Assembly: GCA_021821305.1 (NCBI GenBank)
Contig: JAKACP010000001.1
Location: 196,934 to 260,933 of the forward strand
Reading direction: 5' to 3'
Source: a bacterium
Lineage (GTDB): Bacteria; Patescibacteriota; Minisyncoccia; Moranbacterales; UBA1568
DNA: 64,000 bases
The notes beneath the pieces are model-generated. The model saw only the letters and a program-made list of their open reading frames with translations. It was not told the origin of the DNA and made no database searches. Both the position numbers and the translations under genes were made by a program. Of the stretch, positions 37,064-48,143 are shown one piece after another. Within the stretch, counting starts at the first letter, position 1; each line of letters starts with the position of its first letter.

Positions 37064-38851
37064 ATGAATATACGCAACATCGCCATCATCGCGCACGTCG
37101 ACCACGGGAAGACGACCCTGACGGACGGGCTTCTGAAACAGACCGGGTATGCCCAGGAAGGCTTCTCGATGGATACGAATGCGCTCGAGAAGGAGCGCGG
37201 GATCACCATTTACGCCAAGAACGCCTCGCTTCTCTGGAAGGATACGAAGATCAACATCGTGGACACGCCCGGACATGCGGATTTCGGCTCGGAAGTGGAG
37301 CGTGTGCTCCGCTCGATCGATGACGTGGTGCTCGTCGTCGACGCGCAGGAAGGTCCGATGCCGCAGACGCGGTTCGTACTCAAGAAGTCGCTCGAACTGG
37401 GCCTGAAACCGATCGTCGTCATCAACAAGATCGACAAGCCGGCCGCACGACCCGAAGAGGTCAAGGAGATGGTATTCGAGCTCTTTCTCGATCTCGGCGC
37501 CAACGACGCTCAGCTTGATTTTCCTGTGATCTACGCGATCGCACGGGACGGAATCGCGAAGAGGACGCTCGAAGAGGAGGGAAAGGACCTCTCTCCGCTC
37601 CTCGACACGGTGCTCGAGCGCGTCGAGGAAGCTCCGCATGATATGGATTCGCCGTTTCGGGCACAGCCGTTCAATCTCGGCTATGACAACTTCCTCGGCC
37701 GTCTCGCCGTCGCCCGCGTCTACGAGGGCCGAGTGAAGACGAACGAGCAGGTATGGATCAAGAGCCCGGCCGGCAAGGCCGAGACGGGGCGTATCGTCAA
37801 GATTTTCACGTTCAAGGGACTTGACCGCGAGGAAGCCACCGAGGCGACGGCGGGAGATATCGTCATGATCGCCGGGCTCCCGAACGTGGAAATCGGGGAC
37901 ACCCTGTGTGCCTCGGCGGATGCGGAGACGCTTCCCGCGATTTCGATCGACGAGCCGACCATCTCGCTTTTCTTCCTCGTCAACGACAGTCCGTTCGCCG
38001 GCCGCGAGGGCAAGTTCGTCACGAACAAACAGCTCCGTGAGCGCCTCATGAAGGAACTCGAGATCAACGTCGGTCTCCGAATCGATTTCTCGGAGACGGA
38101 CCGCTACAAGGTGTTCGGCCGCGGCGAGCTCCATATCGCGATCCTGCTCGAAAACATGCGTCGCGAGGGATATGAAGTGCAGGTGTCCCAGCCGCAGGTC
38201 ATCATAAAGGAAGAGGACGGCGTGAAAGTCGAACCGTTCGAGGAGGTGATCGTCGAATGCCCCATGGAGGTCACCGGCACGGTCATCGAGAAGATCGGGA
38301 AGCGTAAGGGAATCATGATGGAAATGAAGGAAGGCTCCGGCGGCTTCCAGCGACTCGTGTTCGAGGTCCCGACGCGCGGACTCCTCGGATACCGCAACGA
38401 ATTCATCATCGATACCAAGGGCGAGGGGACCATCTCGAGCCGCTTCGTCGGGTTCAAGCCGTACGTCGGCGAGATCTCGCATCGCGACGTCGGCTCGATG
38501 ATCTCGATGGTCCAGGGCAAAGTCGCGGCGTTCGCACTCGACAATCTCCAGACCCGCGGCACGCTCTATATCGGTCCTGCAGTGGAGGTGTACGAGGGCA
38601 TGGTCATCGGCAACGCCGTGAAGGGCGCCGATATGGCTGTCAATCCGATCAAGGGAAAGAACCTGACCAACATGCGTTCCTCCGGCGCGGATGAGGCGAT
38701 CAAGCTCACGCCGCCGTGGGAACTCTCCATCGAACGCGGACTCGAGATCATCTCGGAGGACGAGTACCTCGAGGTCACGCCGAACGCCGTACGTCTCCGC
38801 AAGAAGCTTCTCACCGAAACCGACAGGACGAAGGCGGGAAGAAAGAAGTAG
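37064..38851 (+). CDS. typA: Translational GTPase TypA/BipA
   Basis: NIAIIAHVDHGKTTL G1 motif, DTPGHADF, NKID; EF-G-like domains. Confidence 0.9.
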   Translation: MNIRNIAIIAHVDHGKTTLTDGLLKQTGYAQEGFSMDTNALEKERGITIYAKNASLLWKDTKINIVDTPGHADFGSEVERVLRSIDDVVLVVDAQEGPMPQTRFVLKKSLELGLKPIVVINKIDKPAARPEEVKEMVFELFLDLGANDAQLDFPVIYAIARDGIAKRTLEEEGKDLSPLLDTVLERVEEAPHDMDSPFRAQPFNLGYDNFLGRLAVARVYEGRVKTNEQVWIKSPAGKAETGRIVKIFTFKGLDREEATEATAGDIVMIAGLPNVEIGDTLCASADAETLPAISIDEPTISLFFLVNDSPFAGREGKFVTNKQLRERLMKELEINVGLRIDFSETDRYKVFGRGELHIAILLENMRREGYEVQVSQPQVIIKEEDGVKVEPFEEVIVECPMEVTGTVIEKIGKRKGIMMEMKEGSGGFQRLVFEVPTRGLLGYRNEFIIDTKGEGTISSRFVGFKPYVGEISHRDVGSMISMVQGKVAAFALDNLQTRGTLYIGPAVEVYEGMVIGNAVKGADMAVNPIKGKNLTNMRSSGADEAIKLTPPWELSIERGLEIISEDEYLEVTPNAVRLRKKLLTETDRTKAGRKK

Positions 38852-38888
38852 CGGACGAATATCGAATGCGGAATGGCGAATGAAGAAT

Positions 38889-38917
38889 GAAAAACCGGCC
38901 ACAGCCGGTTTTTGCTT
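38889..38917. terminator. Bidirectional terminator
   Basis: aaaaaccggcc-acag-ccggttttt between convergent genes. Confidence 0.65.
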
Positions 38918-38947
38918 GCTACATTCTACCCACTACCTACTACAAAC

Positions 38948-40144
38948 TTATTTATACCGGAGCGCTTCCAGTGCGTCCGTCTTCGCCGCTTTCCGGGCCG
39001 GGAAAAGTCCGGTGAGGAAACCGACGAACGCACCGAACACGGTGACGGAGAGCACGAACCACAGCGGGCTATGGAACAGGTCGACTTCCTGTCCGCCGAA
39101 ATTCGTCGCGACGAGGTTGAAGAGGATGTTGATGAGCTCTCCTCCGAAAAATCCGATGCCGATGCCCACGATACTGCCGAGCAGTCCCATGAGCGTCGAC
39201 TCGACCATGAACATGAGTGATATGGAGATCGGGGCGGCGCCGATGGATTTCATGATGCCGATCTCCTCGGTGCGTTCGAGGAGGGTGATCGTCATCGTGT
39301 TGAACATGCCGATCGCGGAGACGACGAGCGCGATGACGCCGAAGAGCATGAGGACGATCTGCACGGCACTGAAGACCTTGTTCGCCTGGTCGATCGTCTC
39401 CGATATGGATGAGGCCGAGAGCGAAAGTTGTCCGACCGCATCGCGGAGCTCGGGGAGGGAGTCGGTCGACCTCCCTTTGACCTTGAGCTTGGTGGCGGCA
39501 GGCATCGGAATGCCGTCGAACGCGTCGGTGGATACGTACAGGATGTTCTCGTCACCTTCGACGACGCCGGAGATGACGAACGGTTGTTGGATCGGTATCC
39601 TGGTCTCTTCCCTGCGTCCGCTATGTCCCGTGTCCTTGGGGAGGAATATGGCGAGCGTCGCGGGCTTCCCTATGAGCTCCGCGGGTTCTTTCTGGAAGGC
39701 TTTGGCCATCCCGAGCGTTATGACGACCTCCCTCCCGTCGGAGGAAAAGTTCCGTCCGTCGGTGAACTTCAATCCCTCGAGCTTCAGGAATTCCGGCTGG
39801 GAGACGACGGTACCGGCATCGAGCGTGATACCCTCGATCTTCGTCTGCCCGCGGAGCTCGATGACCGGAATGACGGCTTCGACGAAGGGGAGCGGCGTGA
39901 GGTGATCGATGACGGTGCGGTCGAGTCGGGGCGAGGTGTCGTCGGTCCGGGTGATATCGATCGTGGAGAGCGCGTCGGAGGTGGTGATCTTCTCGAGGAG
40001 CGCGCGCTGGAGCCCGTATCCGAACGAGACGAGCAGCATGATCGCGGCGATGCCGACGCCCATGCCGAGAATGGTCAGGATCGTCCGCATGGTGCGGGCC
40101 TTGAACATGCGCAGCGAGAGTTTGAGAAGGTCTGAGAAGAGCAT
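38948..40144 (-). CDS. ABC transporter permease, FtsX/MacB-like
   Basis: N-terminal TM helix, a large periplasmic domain, and three C-terminal TM helices. Confidence 0.8.
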   Translation of the reverse strand: MLFSDLLKLSLRMFKARTMRTILTILGMGVGIAAIMLLVSFGYGLQRALLEKITTSDALSTIDITRTDDTSPRLDRTVIDHLTPLPFVEAVIPVIELRGQTKIEGITLDAGTVVSQPEFLKLEGLKFTDGRNFSSDGREVVITLGMAKAFQKEPAELIGKPATLAIFLPKDTGHSGRREETRIPIQQPFVISGVVEGDENILYVSTDAFDGIPMPAATKLKVKGRSTDSLPELRDAVGQLSLSASSISETIDQANKVFSAVQIVLMLFGVIALVVSAIGMFNTMTITLLERTEEIGIMKSIGAAPISISLMFMVESTLMGLLGSIVGIGIGFFGGELINILFNLVATNFGGQEVDLFHSPLWFVLSVTVFGAFVGFLTGLFPARKAAKTDALEALRYK

Positions 40145-40147
40145 AGG

Positions 40148-41488
40148 TTAGCGGTATTTGAGAAGCATGATGATCTCCATTTCGCGCGAGACCTTCTCGG
40201 CGGTCTGTCGATGGAGGCCGACGCCGCCCTGTCTGACCGGTCTGTCGAGCCGTTTCATGAGTTCCAGCTGGCCGATCTTGCTTTCGACGCGCAGGAGCAG
40301 TATCGCCTGGAAGCGGAGCTCCTGGGGACTGTCGAGCTTGAGGTGGAATCTTTCCGTGAGGTATCCGGCGAGTTTGGGTATGGCCGATCCGGGGTCCGTG
40401 CTGAGCGCGTCGACTTGGGAGAGGATGCTTGCGGTGCGCTCGGCTATGGCACGCGCCCGTATCTTGTTCCAGCCGCCGCCGCCCTGCTCGTACGGCATGT
40501 CGAGGCGGTGCTCCATCTCCTCGGTGGCGATGTTCTTGAAGAGGACTTCGCGGACGAGCGCCTCGGCGATGCTCACCTGTTCCTCGTTGAGCTCGGAGAG
40601 GAGGTGGTTGAGGAGCTGTTTGGCCTTGAACGGAACGAGGAGCACGTCCACCTGCTGCGGGAGCAGGTTCTTGAACGAGGACATGAGCATCTTGAGTTCC
40701 AACGATTCCTCCGGAGGCGGGATTTCCACGATCTCGGTTTTTTTGGCCTCTACCGGTCGCTTGTCCCGCTGGATCTCTTCCTTGACGATGCGGCCGTCGC
40801 GCATGTGGATGATGCGGTCGGCGTAGGCGAGGTGTTCCGGGTTGTGTGTGACCATGACGATGGTCTGCTTGTCGACCTCGTTCAGCTCCTTGAGGATCTG
40901 GAGCACGTTCTGCGCCGATTCGCTGTCGAGGTTGCCGACCGGCTCGTCCGCGAGGATGATACCCGGCTTGTTGATGAGGGCGCGTGCGATGGCGACGCGC
41001 TGTTTCTGTCCTCCGGAGAGCTGGCTCGGGTATTTGTCCGCATGTTCGACGATGCCGAACCGGTGGAGGAGCTGAATGCCCTCGCGCCGTCGGTCGGCCA
41101 GTCTTTCTCCGCGGAAGGCCTTGGGCAGGCAGACGTTGTCGAGAACGGTGAGGGAGGGGATGAGGTAGAACGCCTGGAATATGAGTCCGATGCCGGTCTG
41201 GTGCAGCTCGAGCATGTCCGCGGGTGTCATCTTGGAGAATGCCTTGCCGTCTATGGTGACGTCGCCGTAGGTCGGCTTCTGGAGACCGGCGATCGAATAG
41301 AGCAGCGTCGATTTCCCGCAGCCGGATGGGCCGTAGATGATCACGTATTCCTTGGGGAAGATCCCGAGGTTCGTTTCCTCGAGGGCGCGCGATTCGTTGG
41401 ATTTCCCCTGATTGTAGATGACGCGGAGTTTGTCGACGGAGATGAAGGGTTCCATGGTTTTTTCTTCGGGAAGCTTTTCGTATATCAT
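40148..41488 (-). CDS. ABC transporter ATP-binding protein (MacB/LolD-like) with a ~290-aa C-terminal extension of unknown function
   Basis: [28 protein letters not shown]; followed by a long uncharacterised helical tail. Start at MIYEKLP (alternative MEPF at 41455). Confidence 0.75.
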   Translation of the reverse strand: MIYEKLPEEKTMEPFISVDKLRVIYNQGKSNESRALEETNLGIFPKEYVIIYGPSGCGKSTLLYSIAGLQKPTYGDVTIDGKAFSKMTPADMLELHQTGIGLIFQAFYLIPSLTVLDNVCLPKAFRGERLADRRREGIQLLHRFGIVEHADKYPSQLSGGQKQRVAIARALINKPGIILADEPVGNLDSESAQNVLQILKELNEVDKQTIVMVTHNPEHLAYADRIIHMRDGRIVKEEIQRDKRPVEAKKTEIVEIPPPEESLELKMLMSSFKNLLPQQVDVLLVPFKAKQLLNHLLSELNEEQVSIAEALVREVLFKNIATEEMEHRLDMPYEQGGGGWNKIRARAIAERTASILSQVDALSTDPGSAIPKLAGYLTERFHLKLDSPQELRFQAILLLRVESKIGQLELMKRLDRPVRQGGVGLHRQTAEKVSREMEIIMLLKYR

Positions 41489-41561
41489 ACCACATATTTC
41501 TGTTGTTTTTCTTCCTTTTTCCCGATAGAATGGGAAAACGTGATAAATCACCACGATCCGT

Positions 41562-42296
41562 ATGGTCGAAAAACTCCTGCTTCTCGGATTCCGGCTCCAC
41601 TCCGTCCTCTTCACGTGGCTTTCGAGGCATATCCGGACGGTGAAAACGGTCATCCTGATCGTCGCGCATGCCAGCCTGATCGGCCTTTTCTTTCCCGAGA
41701 TGAGAACGGAGTTCGGCGAGATGTCCCTGAATATCCTCATCGTCATCCTCTTCCTGAGTCCGGCCGCGGCGATCACGCGTATGCCGCTCCTCCTCGTCAC
41801 TATGGGGTTCCGCCGGGAACTCGGTATCCTCGTGGGGTATCTTGCGATGGTGCACGGCCTCGGATACTTCATCGACCCCGTTTCGTTCGCTCTCTCGATC
41901 GCGCCCTACCTGCCCGGGGATATCCTGTCCATCGACCCGATTCTCCTTCTGGGAATCGCCGCGCTCGTTCTCCTGTTTCCGCTCCTTCTCACCTCGAATG
42001 CGTTCGCGCTCCGGACGCTCGGCGGGGTACGGTGGAAACGGCTTCATACCCTCGTCTACCCGATGTTCGTCCTCGTCGTACTGCACCGGTTCATGGCGTC
42101 GGGAGGTCTCTCGGGAGGGATGGCCGAGGTCGGCGAAGTCATACTGCTTCTCGGCGGTTATTCGCTCCTGAAGTTCCTCGCCTGGAAACCGGAGTCGTTC
42201 CTGTTCCTTCGTAGGATCCTCTCATCCATCGGCGAGCGCTATCGGCGATATCAGTTTTCAGGAGGAACGGTAAGTTCCTCACCATCATCCCTATGA
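41562..42296 (+). CDS. Ferric-reductase-like transmembrane protein (MsrQ/YedZ-like)
   Basis: Six TM helices with conserved His residues (WKRLHTLVY...VLHRF). Confidence 0.5.
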   Translation: MVEKLLLLGFRLHSVLFTWLSRHIRTVKTVILIVAHASLIGLFFPEMRTEFGEMSLNILIVILFLSPAAAITRMPLLLVTMGFRRELGILVGYLAMVHGLGYFIDPVSFALSIAPYLPGDILSIDPILLLGIAALVLLFPLLLTSNAFALRTLGGVRWKRLHTLVYPMFVLVVLHRFMASGGLSGGMAEVGEVILLLGGYSLLKFLAWKPESFLFLRRILSSIGERYRRYQFSGGTVSSSPSSL

Positions 42297-43504
42297 ATCA
42301 TCTGAAATACGTTTTCTTCGCGGTTGTCCTCCTTTTCGGCGCGCTCCCCGTGTCGGCTGAGGATAGGGTCCAAGTGGAAGTGCTCGGCCGCGACGATTGC
42401 ACACACTGCGCGGATGAGAAGGCGTTCCTCGAGGAACTTTCACGGGAGCGGGACGACTTCTCGGTCCGGTGGTACGATATCGATCTTCCGGCCGATCGTG
42501 ATCTGTTCGATCGTGTGACGGAGAGCGAGGGGCTCTCGAAATCCACCCCGATCACGCTCGTGGGAACGACGATCATACAGGGTTTCGACAAGCCGGAAAC
42601 GACCGGTGTCCGTATCGAGGCGCTTCTCGACGAGGTCGCGGCAAGTGGAAACAACTATGGTTTCGAAGGGCTTCTGGCCGCGGGCGGAAGCGAGGGCGTC
42701 GAAAAGACGATCGGCGGAACCTGCGACGACGGAGGCGTGTGCAAGACTCCCGGCGGCGAGCCGCTCCTCGTCACGGTGCCGTTCTTCGGGACGATCGATG
42801 CCGCGGAATATTCCCTCCCGGTGCTCTCCTCGGTGCTCGGTTTCGTCGACGGTTTCAATCCGTGCGCGATGTGGGTGCTCGTCACGTTTCTTCTCGTGCT
42901 CATCCAGCTCGGGGATCGATCACGCATATGGATGGTCGCCGGACTCTTCATCCTCGCCGAGTCGATCATGTACTATCTCATCCTGAACGTCTGGTTCAGC
43001 GCCTGGGATTTCATCGGGCTCGATCGTTTCGTGACGCCGATCGTGGGCGTCGTCGCGATCGGCGGAGGACTTTTCTTCCTCTATGAGTGGCTCTACGCCG
43101 GCGGCACCTGCCAGGTGACGGATTCGCGGAAACGCGCCAAGATTTCCGGCCAGATACGCAAACTCGCGACGGAGCCGCTCACCTGGGTCACGGCCGGCGG
43201 CATCGTCGCGCTCGCGCTCTCGGTCAATGTCATCGAGTTCGCCTGTTCGATCGGCATACCGCAGGCCTTCACCAAGATCATCGAGCTCAACTCGGCCGGC
43301 TTCCTCGAGACCCAAGGATACATGCTCCTCTATATCCTCTTCTATATGATCGATGACCTCCTTGTTTTCGGTCTCGCGCTCTGGGGAGCGGGGAAACTGC
43401 AGATGACGACGACCTACGCGAAGTGGTGCAACCTCTTCGGCGGCATCCTTATGATCATACTCGGCGTTATCCTTGTCTTCGCTCCGGAGTGGCTCCGGTT
43501 CTGA
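42293..43504 (+). CDS. Secreted glutaredoxin/thioredoxin-fold domain fused to a CcdA/DsbD_2-like membrane domain
   Basis: Signal peptide; an N-terminal domain with CTHC; a membrane domain with a GFNPCA Cys motif. Confidence 0.5.
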   Translation: MNHLKYVFFAVVLLFGALPVSAEDRVQVEVLGRDDCTHCADEKAFLEELSRERDDFSVRWYDIDLPADRDLFDRVTESEGLSKSTPITLVGTTIIQGFDKPETTGVRIEALLDEVAASGNNYGFEGLLAAGGSEGVEKTIGGTCDDGGVCKTPGGEPLLVTVPFFGTIDAAEYSLPVLSSVLGFVDGFNPCAMWVLVTFLLVLIQLGDRSRIWMVAGLFILAESIMYYLILNVWFSAWDFIGLDRFVTPIVGVVAIGGGLFFLYEWLYAGGTCQVTDSRKRAKISGQIRKLATEPLTWVTAGGIVALALSVNVIEFACSIGIPQAFTKIIELNSAGFLETQGYMLLYILFYMIDDLLVFGLALWGAGKLQMTTTYAKWCNLFGGILMIILGVILVFAPEWLRF

Positions 43505-43532
43505 AAGAAGCATTCGTTCTGTGGAAAATCGT

Positions 43533-45074
43533 ATGAGCCTCATTTCCGAATTGAAACGATGGCGGGAAACGGCGGCGGCCCGGGAGGGCGTCGAGCTGTA
43601 TCGCGTGCTGCCGAACGCGGCCCTCGAGGAGATCGCGGAAATCATGCCCAAGACGCGCGAAGAACTCCTGTCCGTAAAGGGCATCAAGGAAGCGAAATAC
43701 CGAAAATATGGCAAAGACATCCTCTCGATCGTCGCCCGGCATGGAGCGGCCGACGCAATCGGGGCCGTGATCTCCGATGACGAGGTGTCGGATGCCGCGG
43801 TACGATCAGCGGTCGAAGCCGTTGAGACCGTCCCTGATACGCTCTCCGTCTCCCAGTTTCTTGATGCGCTCAATCTCGAACTGTCGGGGATGGCGGCACG
43901 GATACGGGGCGAAGTCTCGAGCGTGGACGAGCGTGACCGCGTCGTCTATTTTTCCTTGAAGGATGCGAGCGACGAGGCGACGATCAACTGCCTCATCTTC
44001 CGTTCCGCCTATGTGCTTTCCGGTGTGCGGATCGCGGTCGGCGATGAGATCATCGTGGAGGGGTCACCCGATATCTACAAACCGAACGGGAGGCTCTCCC
44101 TCAAGGTCGGCCTCATCGAATTCGCCGGTGAAGGCGCTCTCAAGAAGGCCTACGAGGAGCTCAGGAAGAAATTGGAAACGGAAGGGTTGTTCGCGCCGGA
44201 GCGGAAGCGCGCGATCCCGGAATTCCCGGAGCACATCGCACTCCTCACCTCGCGTGACGGCGCGGCGATAGGGGATTTCATGACGAACGTCGGGCGGCAT
44301 GGCTACCGGATATCGCTCTATCCGTCGAGCGTCGAGGGAAAGCGGGCCGTGTTCGAGCTTCTCGCCGGAGTGCGCTATTTCAACGCGCATCCCGAGCGTT
44401 ACGACGCGCTCGTCATCATCCGCGGCGGCGGATCGCTCGAGAGCCTGCAGGGGTTCAACAACGAGGCGCTCGTGCGAGCGGTCGCTGATTCGAAGATCCC
44501 GGTCATCGCCGGCGTCGGGCACGAGAAGGATATCACGCTCGCGGCGCTCGTCGCCGACGCCATGGTCTCGACGCCGACCGCCGCATCCCGGCTCGTGAGG
44601 CAGTCGTGGGAGGAAGGCATGGAGCGGGTCGGAAGCGCGGAGCACGTCCTGCGATCGCGGGTGTCCGATCTCGTCATCCGTCTCCGCGAGGCGCTCGGCC
44701 GTGCGGACACCGCACTCCTCGACCGTTTCCAGGCGATGAAGGAACGGATCCGGACGATCGTCGAACGATTTCTCGCGAAGCGCGAAGCGCTCGCCTATGG
44801 GATACGCGGTGAAGCCGAGTCCGTTTCCGCCTTCGCCGGCGGGCTGAAAAAAGGAAGAGCGGCCCTCTTCGCGACGGCGAGCGACGCGCTTTTGCGGATC
44901 GAGAAACTGCTTCTCCAGTTCGACCCGACGCGCGCCCTCAATCTCGGCTACAGCCTTGTCCGGCTCGGCAACGGCAGGATCCTCCGCAAATCGACGGACG
45001 CGCGGGTCGGTGATAGACTGGACATACGGCTTTCCGAAGGAGCGATAGGCGCCGAGGTGAAAGAGGTTCTCTAA
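43533..45074 (+). CDS. xseA: Exodeoxyribonuclease VII large subunit with an N-terminal HRDC domain
   Basis: HRDC-like LYRVLPNAALEEIAEIMPKTREELLSVKGI, then the XseA OB-fold and catalytic region (GGGSLESL, AGVGHEKD). Confidence 0.8.
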   Translation: MSLISELKRWRETAAAREGVELYRVLPNAALEEIAEIMPKTREELLSVKGIKEAKYRKYGKDILSIVARHGAADAIGAVISDDEVSDAAVRSAVEAVETVPDTLSVSQFLDALNLELSGMAARIRGEVSSVDERDRVVYFSLKDASDEATINCLIFRSAYVLSGVRIAVGDEIIVEGSPDIYKPNGRLSLKVGLIEFAGEGALKKAYEELRKKLETEGLFAPERKRAIPEFPEHIALLTSRDGAAIGDFMTNVGRHGYRISLYPSSVEGKRAVFELLAGVRYFNAHPERYDALVIIRGGGSLESLQGFNNEALVRAVADSKIPVIAGVGHEKDITLAALVADAMVSTPTAASRLVRQSWEEGMERVGSAEHVLRSRVSDLVIRLREALGRADTALLDRFQAMKERIRTIVERFLAKREALAYGIRGEAESVSAFAGGLKKGRAALFATASDALLRIEKLLLQFDPTRALNLGYSLVRLGNGRILRKSTDARVGDRLDIRLSEGAIGAEVKEVL

Positions 45075-45093
45075 CGAATTAAGCATCCGTTTT

Positions 45094-45300
45094 ATGGTAG
45101 AAAAAAAGCAATCATTGTCGGAATCGATACGGAAACTCGAAGGCATCGTGGAATGGTTCGAGGGTCAGGAGGAAATCGACGTCGAAAAGGGTCTCGAGAA
45201 ATTCAAGGAGGGCGCATCGCTCGTGAAGTCCTCGCGTGCGCGCCTCAAGGAAATCGAGAACGAGTTCCGGGAAGTGGAGAAGACGCTCGACGAAGCATAG
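45094..45300 (+). CDS. xseB: Exodeoxyribonuclease VII small subunit
   Basis: 68-aa helical protein (SLSESIRKLEGIVEWFE) immediately after xseA. Confidence 0.8.
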   Translation: MVEKKQSLSESIRKLEGIVEWFEGQEEIDVEKGLEKFKEGASLVKSSRARLKEIENEFREVEKTLDEA

Positions 45301-45446
45301 CTTCGAAAACACGGTTTTCAAAACACAAAAAGCCAAACAAAACACGAAGCAAATACTGAAAGCACAAACCTCGCAATCTCGAAGTTTGTGCTTTGTATTT
45401 TGTGATTTGTTTGGACTTTGTGCTCTGTGCTTTGTGTTTTTTTGAT
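45301..45446. repeat. Family-2 AT-rich A/C-rich palindromic element, copy E
   Basis: Arms caaaacacaaaaagccaaacaaaacacgaagc / gtttgtgctttgtattttgtgatttgtttggactttgtgct. It starts at the xseB stop codon. Confidence 0.6.
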
Positions 45447-45484
45447 GGTATACTGGAAGAGAAAATACACACAAACGATACCGT

Positions 45485-47191
45485 ATGCGGCATTTCTATA
45501 ATGATCTTTCCATCGTGCTCGGCGGAGCGGCGGGGCAGGGCGTACAGACCGTCGAAGCGATACTCATGGCCGTGCTCAAGCGCGAGGGCTATCAGGTCTT
45601 CGCGTGCAAGGAATACATGTCCCGTGTCCGCGGCGGATCGAACTCGACCGAAGTCCGTCTCTCGTCGAAGAAACACCGTTCCTACGTCCGACGGATCGAC
45701 TTCCTCTTCGCGATGGACGGCAATGTCGTGGCGCATCTCTCCGATCGGATGAGCGACAAGACGATCGTGTTCGGGGAACGGGAGCGGATCAAGGAGTCTC
45801 CCGACCTTCCGCACTTCGTCGACACGCCGATGACCAAATTTGCCAACGAAGTCGGCAATCCGATCTTCGCGAACACCGTCGCGGTCGGAGTCATCCTCGG
45901 TATCCTCGGGGCGGAGGAAACCGTTTTTCACGCGTATCTCCGGGAATTCTTCGCGAGAAAAGGCGAAGAGGTGGTCGAGAAGAACATCGAGGCCGCGAAA
46001 AAAGGCTTCCGTTTCGGGAAGAACATCGCCTACCAGGAGGACATCGAGATAGGCCTTCCTCGCGATGAGAAATACACGAAGGAACTGCTCATCGACGGGC
46101 ATACGGCGCTCGGTCTCGGCGCGATCGCCGGCGGCTGTGATTTCATCTCATCGTACCCGATGTCGCCGGGGACGGGCGTGCTGACGTTCCTCGCGGAGAA
46201 AGGCGGCGAGTTCGGCGTCGTCGTCGATCAGGCGGAAGACGAGATCTCGGCGATCAACATGGCGCTCGGCGCGTCCTATGCCGGTGCGCGCGCGATGGTC
46301 TCGACATCCGGCGGCGGATTCGACCTCATGCAGGAAGGCATGTCGCTCGCCGGTATCATCGAGACGCCGATCGTGGTGCATATCGGTATGCGCCCGGGAC
46401 CGGCGACCGGACTGCCCACCAAGACCGAACAGGCGGACCTCAATCTCGCTCTCTATGCCGGGCACGGGGAATTCCCGCGTGCGATATACGCGCCGGGGAC
46501 GCCGGAAGAGGGTATAGCGATGATGAGCCGGGCCTTCGATACGGCCGACCGGTATCAGATTCCGGTGTTCATGCTCTCCGACCAGTATTTCCTCGACTCG
46601 CTCTCGGGCATTTCCGAATCATCGATAGCGCTGTCGCGGCCGAAGAAGCATATCGTCGAGACGGGTGCCGACTACGCCCGCTACCGGCTGACGAAGGACG
46701 GGATATCGCCCCGTGGTATCCCCGGATGGGGGCAGGGCATCGTGAAGGTGGATTCGGACGAACATGACGAGACGGGACACATCACCGAGAGCTACGAGAT
46801 CCGCGAGAAGATGATGGAAAAACGGATGAAGCGGCTCTCCGCGATGGCGAAGGATGCCGTCATGCCGACCGAGATGGACAATTATGCCGACGCGGAAATC
46901 GCGGTGGTATCATGGGGGTCGAATCGATCCGTGCTCGATGAATCCCTCGGTGCGGTACGCAGCAAGAAGCTCGGCGGGCTTCACTTCGCCCAGGTCTACC
47001 CGATCAATCCCAAGGTCAAGGACCTGCTCAAGGGGAAGAAGATCATCGTCGTCGAGAACAACCATCGCGGGCAGTTCGCCGATCTCCTCGTCCGCGAGCT
47101 CGGGGTCAAGATTTCCAAGCGGATCCTGAAATCGACCGGGGAGCCGTTCGCCGTCGAGGAACTCGTGGACACATTCAAACAATATGCCTGA
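45485..47191 (+). CDS. korA: 2-oxoacid:ferredoxin oxidoreductase, fused gamma-alpha subunit
   Basis: Gamma-domain N-terminus followed by an alpha domain ([12 protein letters not shown]). Confidence 0.85.
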   Translation: MRHFYNDLSIVLGGAAGQGVQTVEAILMAVLKREGYQVFACKEYMSRVRGGSNSTEVRLSSKKHRSYVRRIDFLFAMDGNVVAHLSDRMSDKTIVFGERERIKESPDLPHFVDTPMTKFANEVGNPIFANTVAVGVILGILGAEETVFHAYLREFFARKGEEVVEKNIEAAKKGFRFGKNIAYQEDIEIGLPRDEKYTKELLIDGHTALGLGAIAGGCDFISSYPMSPGTGVLTFLAEKGGEFGVVVDQAEDEISAINMALGASYAGARAMVSTSGGGFDLMQEGMSLAGIIETPIVVHIGMRPGPATGLPTKTEQADLNLALYAGHGEFPRAIYAPGTPEEGIAMMSRAFDTADRYQIPVFMLSDQYFLDSLSGISESSIALSRPKKHIVETGADYARYRLTKDGISPRGIPGWGQGIVKVDSDEHDETGHITESYEIREKMMEKRMKRLSAMAKDAVMPTEMDNYADAEIAVVSWGSNRSVLDESLGAVRSKKLGGLHFAQVYPINPKVKDLLKGKKIIVVENNHRGQFADLLVRELGVKISKRILKSTGEPFAVEELVDTFKQYA

Positions 47192-48047
47192 AACCGGAAA
47201 AAAGAATTTCGATATGCCGCATGGCACCGACATCGCGTGGTGCCCGGCGTGCGGGAACTTCCCGCTCTTGAACGTGGTCAAACAGACGCTCTCGGAGCTC
47301 GGACTCGATCCCAAGGACCTCGTCCTCGTGTCCGGTATCGGACAGGCCGCCAAGACGCCGCAGTACGTCAACGCGAACATGTTCAACGGGCTTCATGGCC
47401 GCGCGTTGCCGGCGGCGGTCGGAATCAAACTCGCGAACCGCAATCTGACCGTCGTGGCGGAATCGGGCGACGGTGACATGTATGGCGAAGGAGGCAATCA
47501 CCTCACCCATACGATCCGCCGCAACCCCGACATCACGAACATCGTCCACAACAACATGATCTACGGCCTGACCAAGGGGCAGGCGTCGCCGACATCCTCC
47601 CTCGGCCTGCGAAATCCGATCCAGCCGAACGGAGTCGTCGTCGATCCGTTCAATCCGATGGCGGTGGCCGTCGCGCTCGACGCGTCGTTCGTGGCACGTG
47701 CGAATATCGGGGATATTCTCCAGACAAAAGCGATCCTCAAGCAGGCGCTCGAGTGGAAGGGGTATGCGCTCGTCGACGTCTTCCAGCCCTGCGTCGTCTT
47801 CAACAAGGTGAACACCTACGAGTGGTTCAAGGAGCATACCTACTATCTCCCCGACGATTACGATCCGACCGATAGGCAGGCGGCTTTCGCCAAGGCTTGC
47901 GAGACGGAGAAGATGCCGCTCGGTATCCTCTATAAGCACGAGCGCCCGATCTATGAGGACGAACTCGGCATCAAGGCCGACACCCCGCTCTATCGCCAGG
48001 AGCTCGACACGGAAAAATTGGAGGCACTGATGAAATCGTTCGTATAA
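47184..48047 (+). CDS. korB: 2-oxoacid:ferredoxin oxidoreductase beta subunit (TPP-binding)
   Basis: CPGCG-like WCPACGN and a [15 protein letters not shown] motif. Confidence 0.85.
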   Translation: MPETGKKNFDMPHGTDIAWCPACGNFPLLNVVKQTLSELGLDPKDLVLVSGIGQAAKTPQYVNANMFNGLHGRALPAAVGIKLANRNLTVVAESGDGDMYGEGGNHLTHTIRRNPDITNIVHNNMIYGLTKGQASPTSSLGLRNPIQPNGVVVDPFNPMAVAVALDASFVARANIGDILQTKAILKQALEWKGYALVDVFQPCVVFNKVNTYEWFKEHTYYLPDDYDPTDRQAAFAKACETEKMPLGILYKHERPIYEDELGIKADTPLYRQELDTEKLEALMKSFV

Positions 48048-48075
48048 AGGCGCTGTGCCCGTACCTGGAAGAAGC

Positions 48076-48108
48076 ATAGAGAAAAATCCCCGCGCGGGGA
48101 TTTTTCGT
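48076..48108. terminator. Bidirectional terminator
   Basis: aaaaatccccgcgcggggattttt between convergent genes. Confidence 0.7.
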
Positions 48109-48143
48109 TTCCGACTTCTCGAAAATCTTTTTACGGGACGGTC

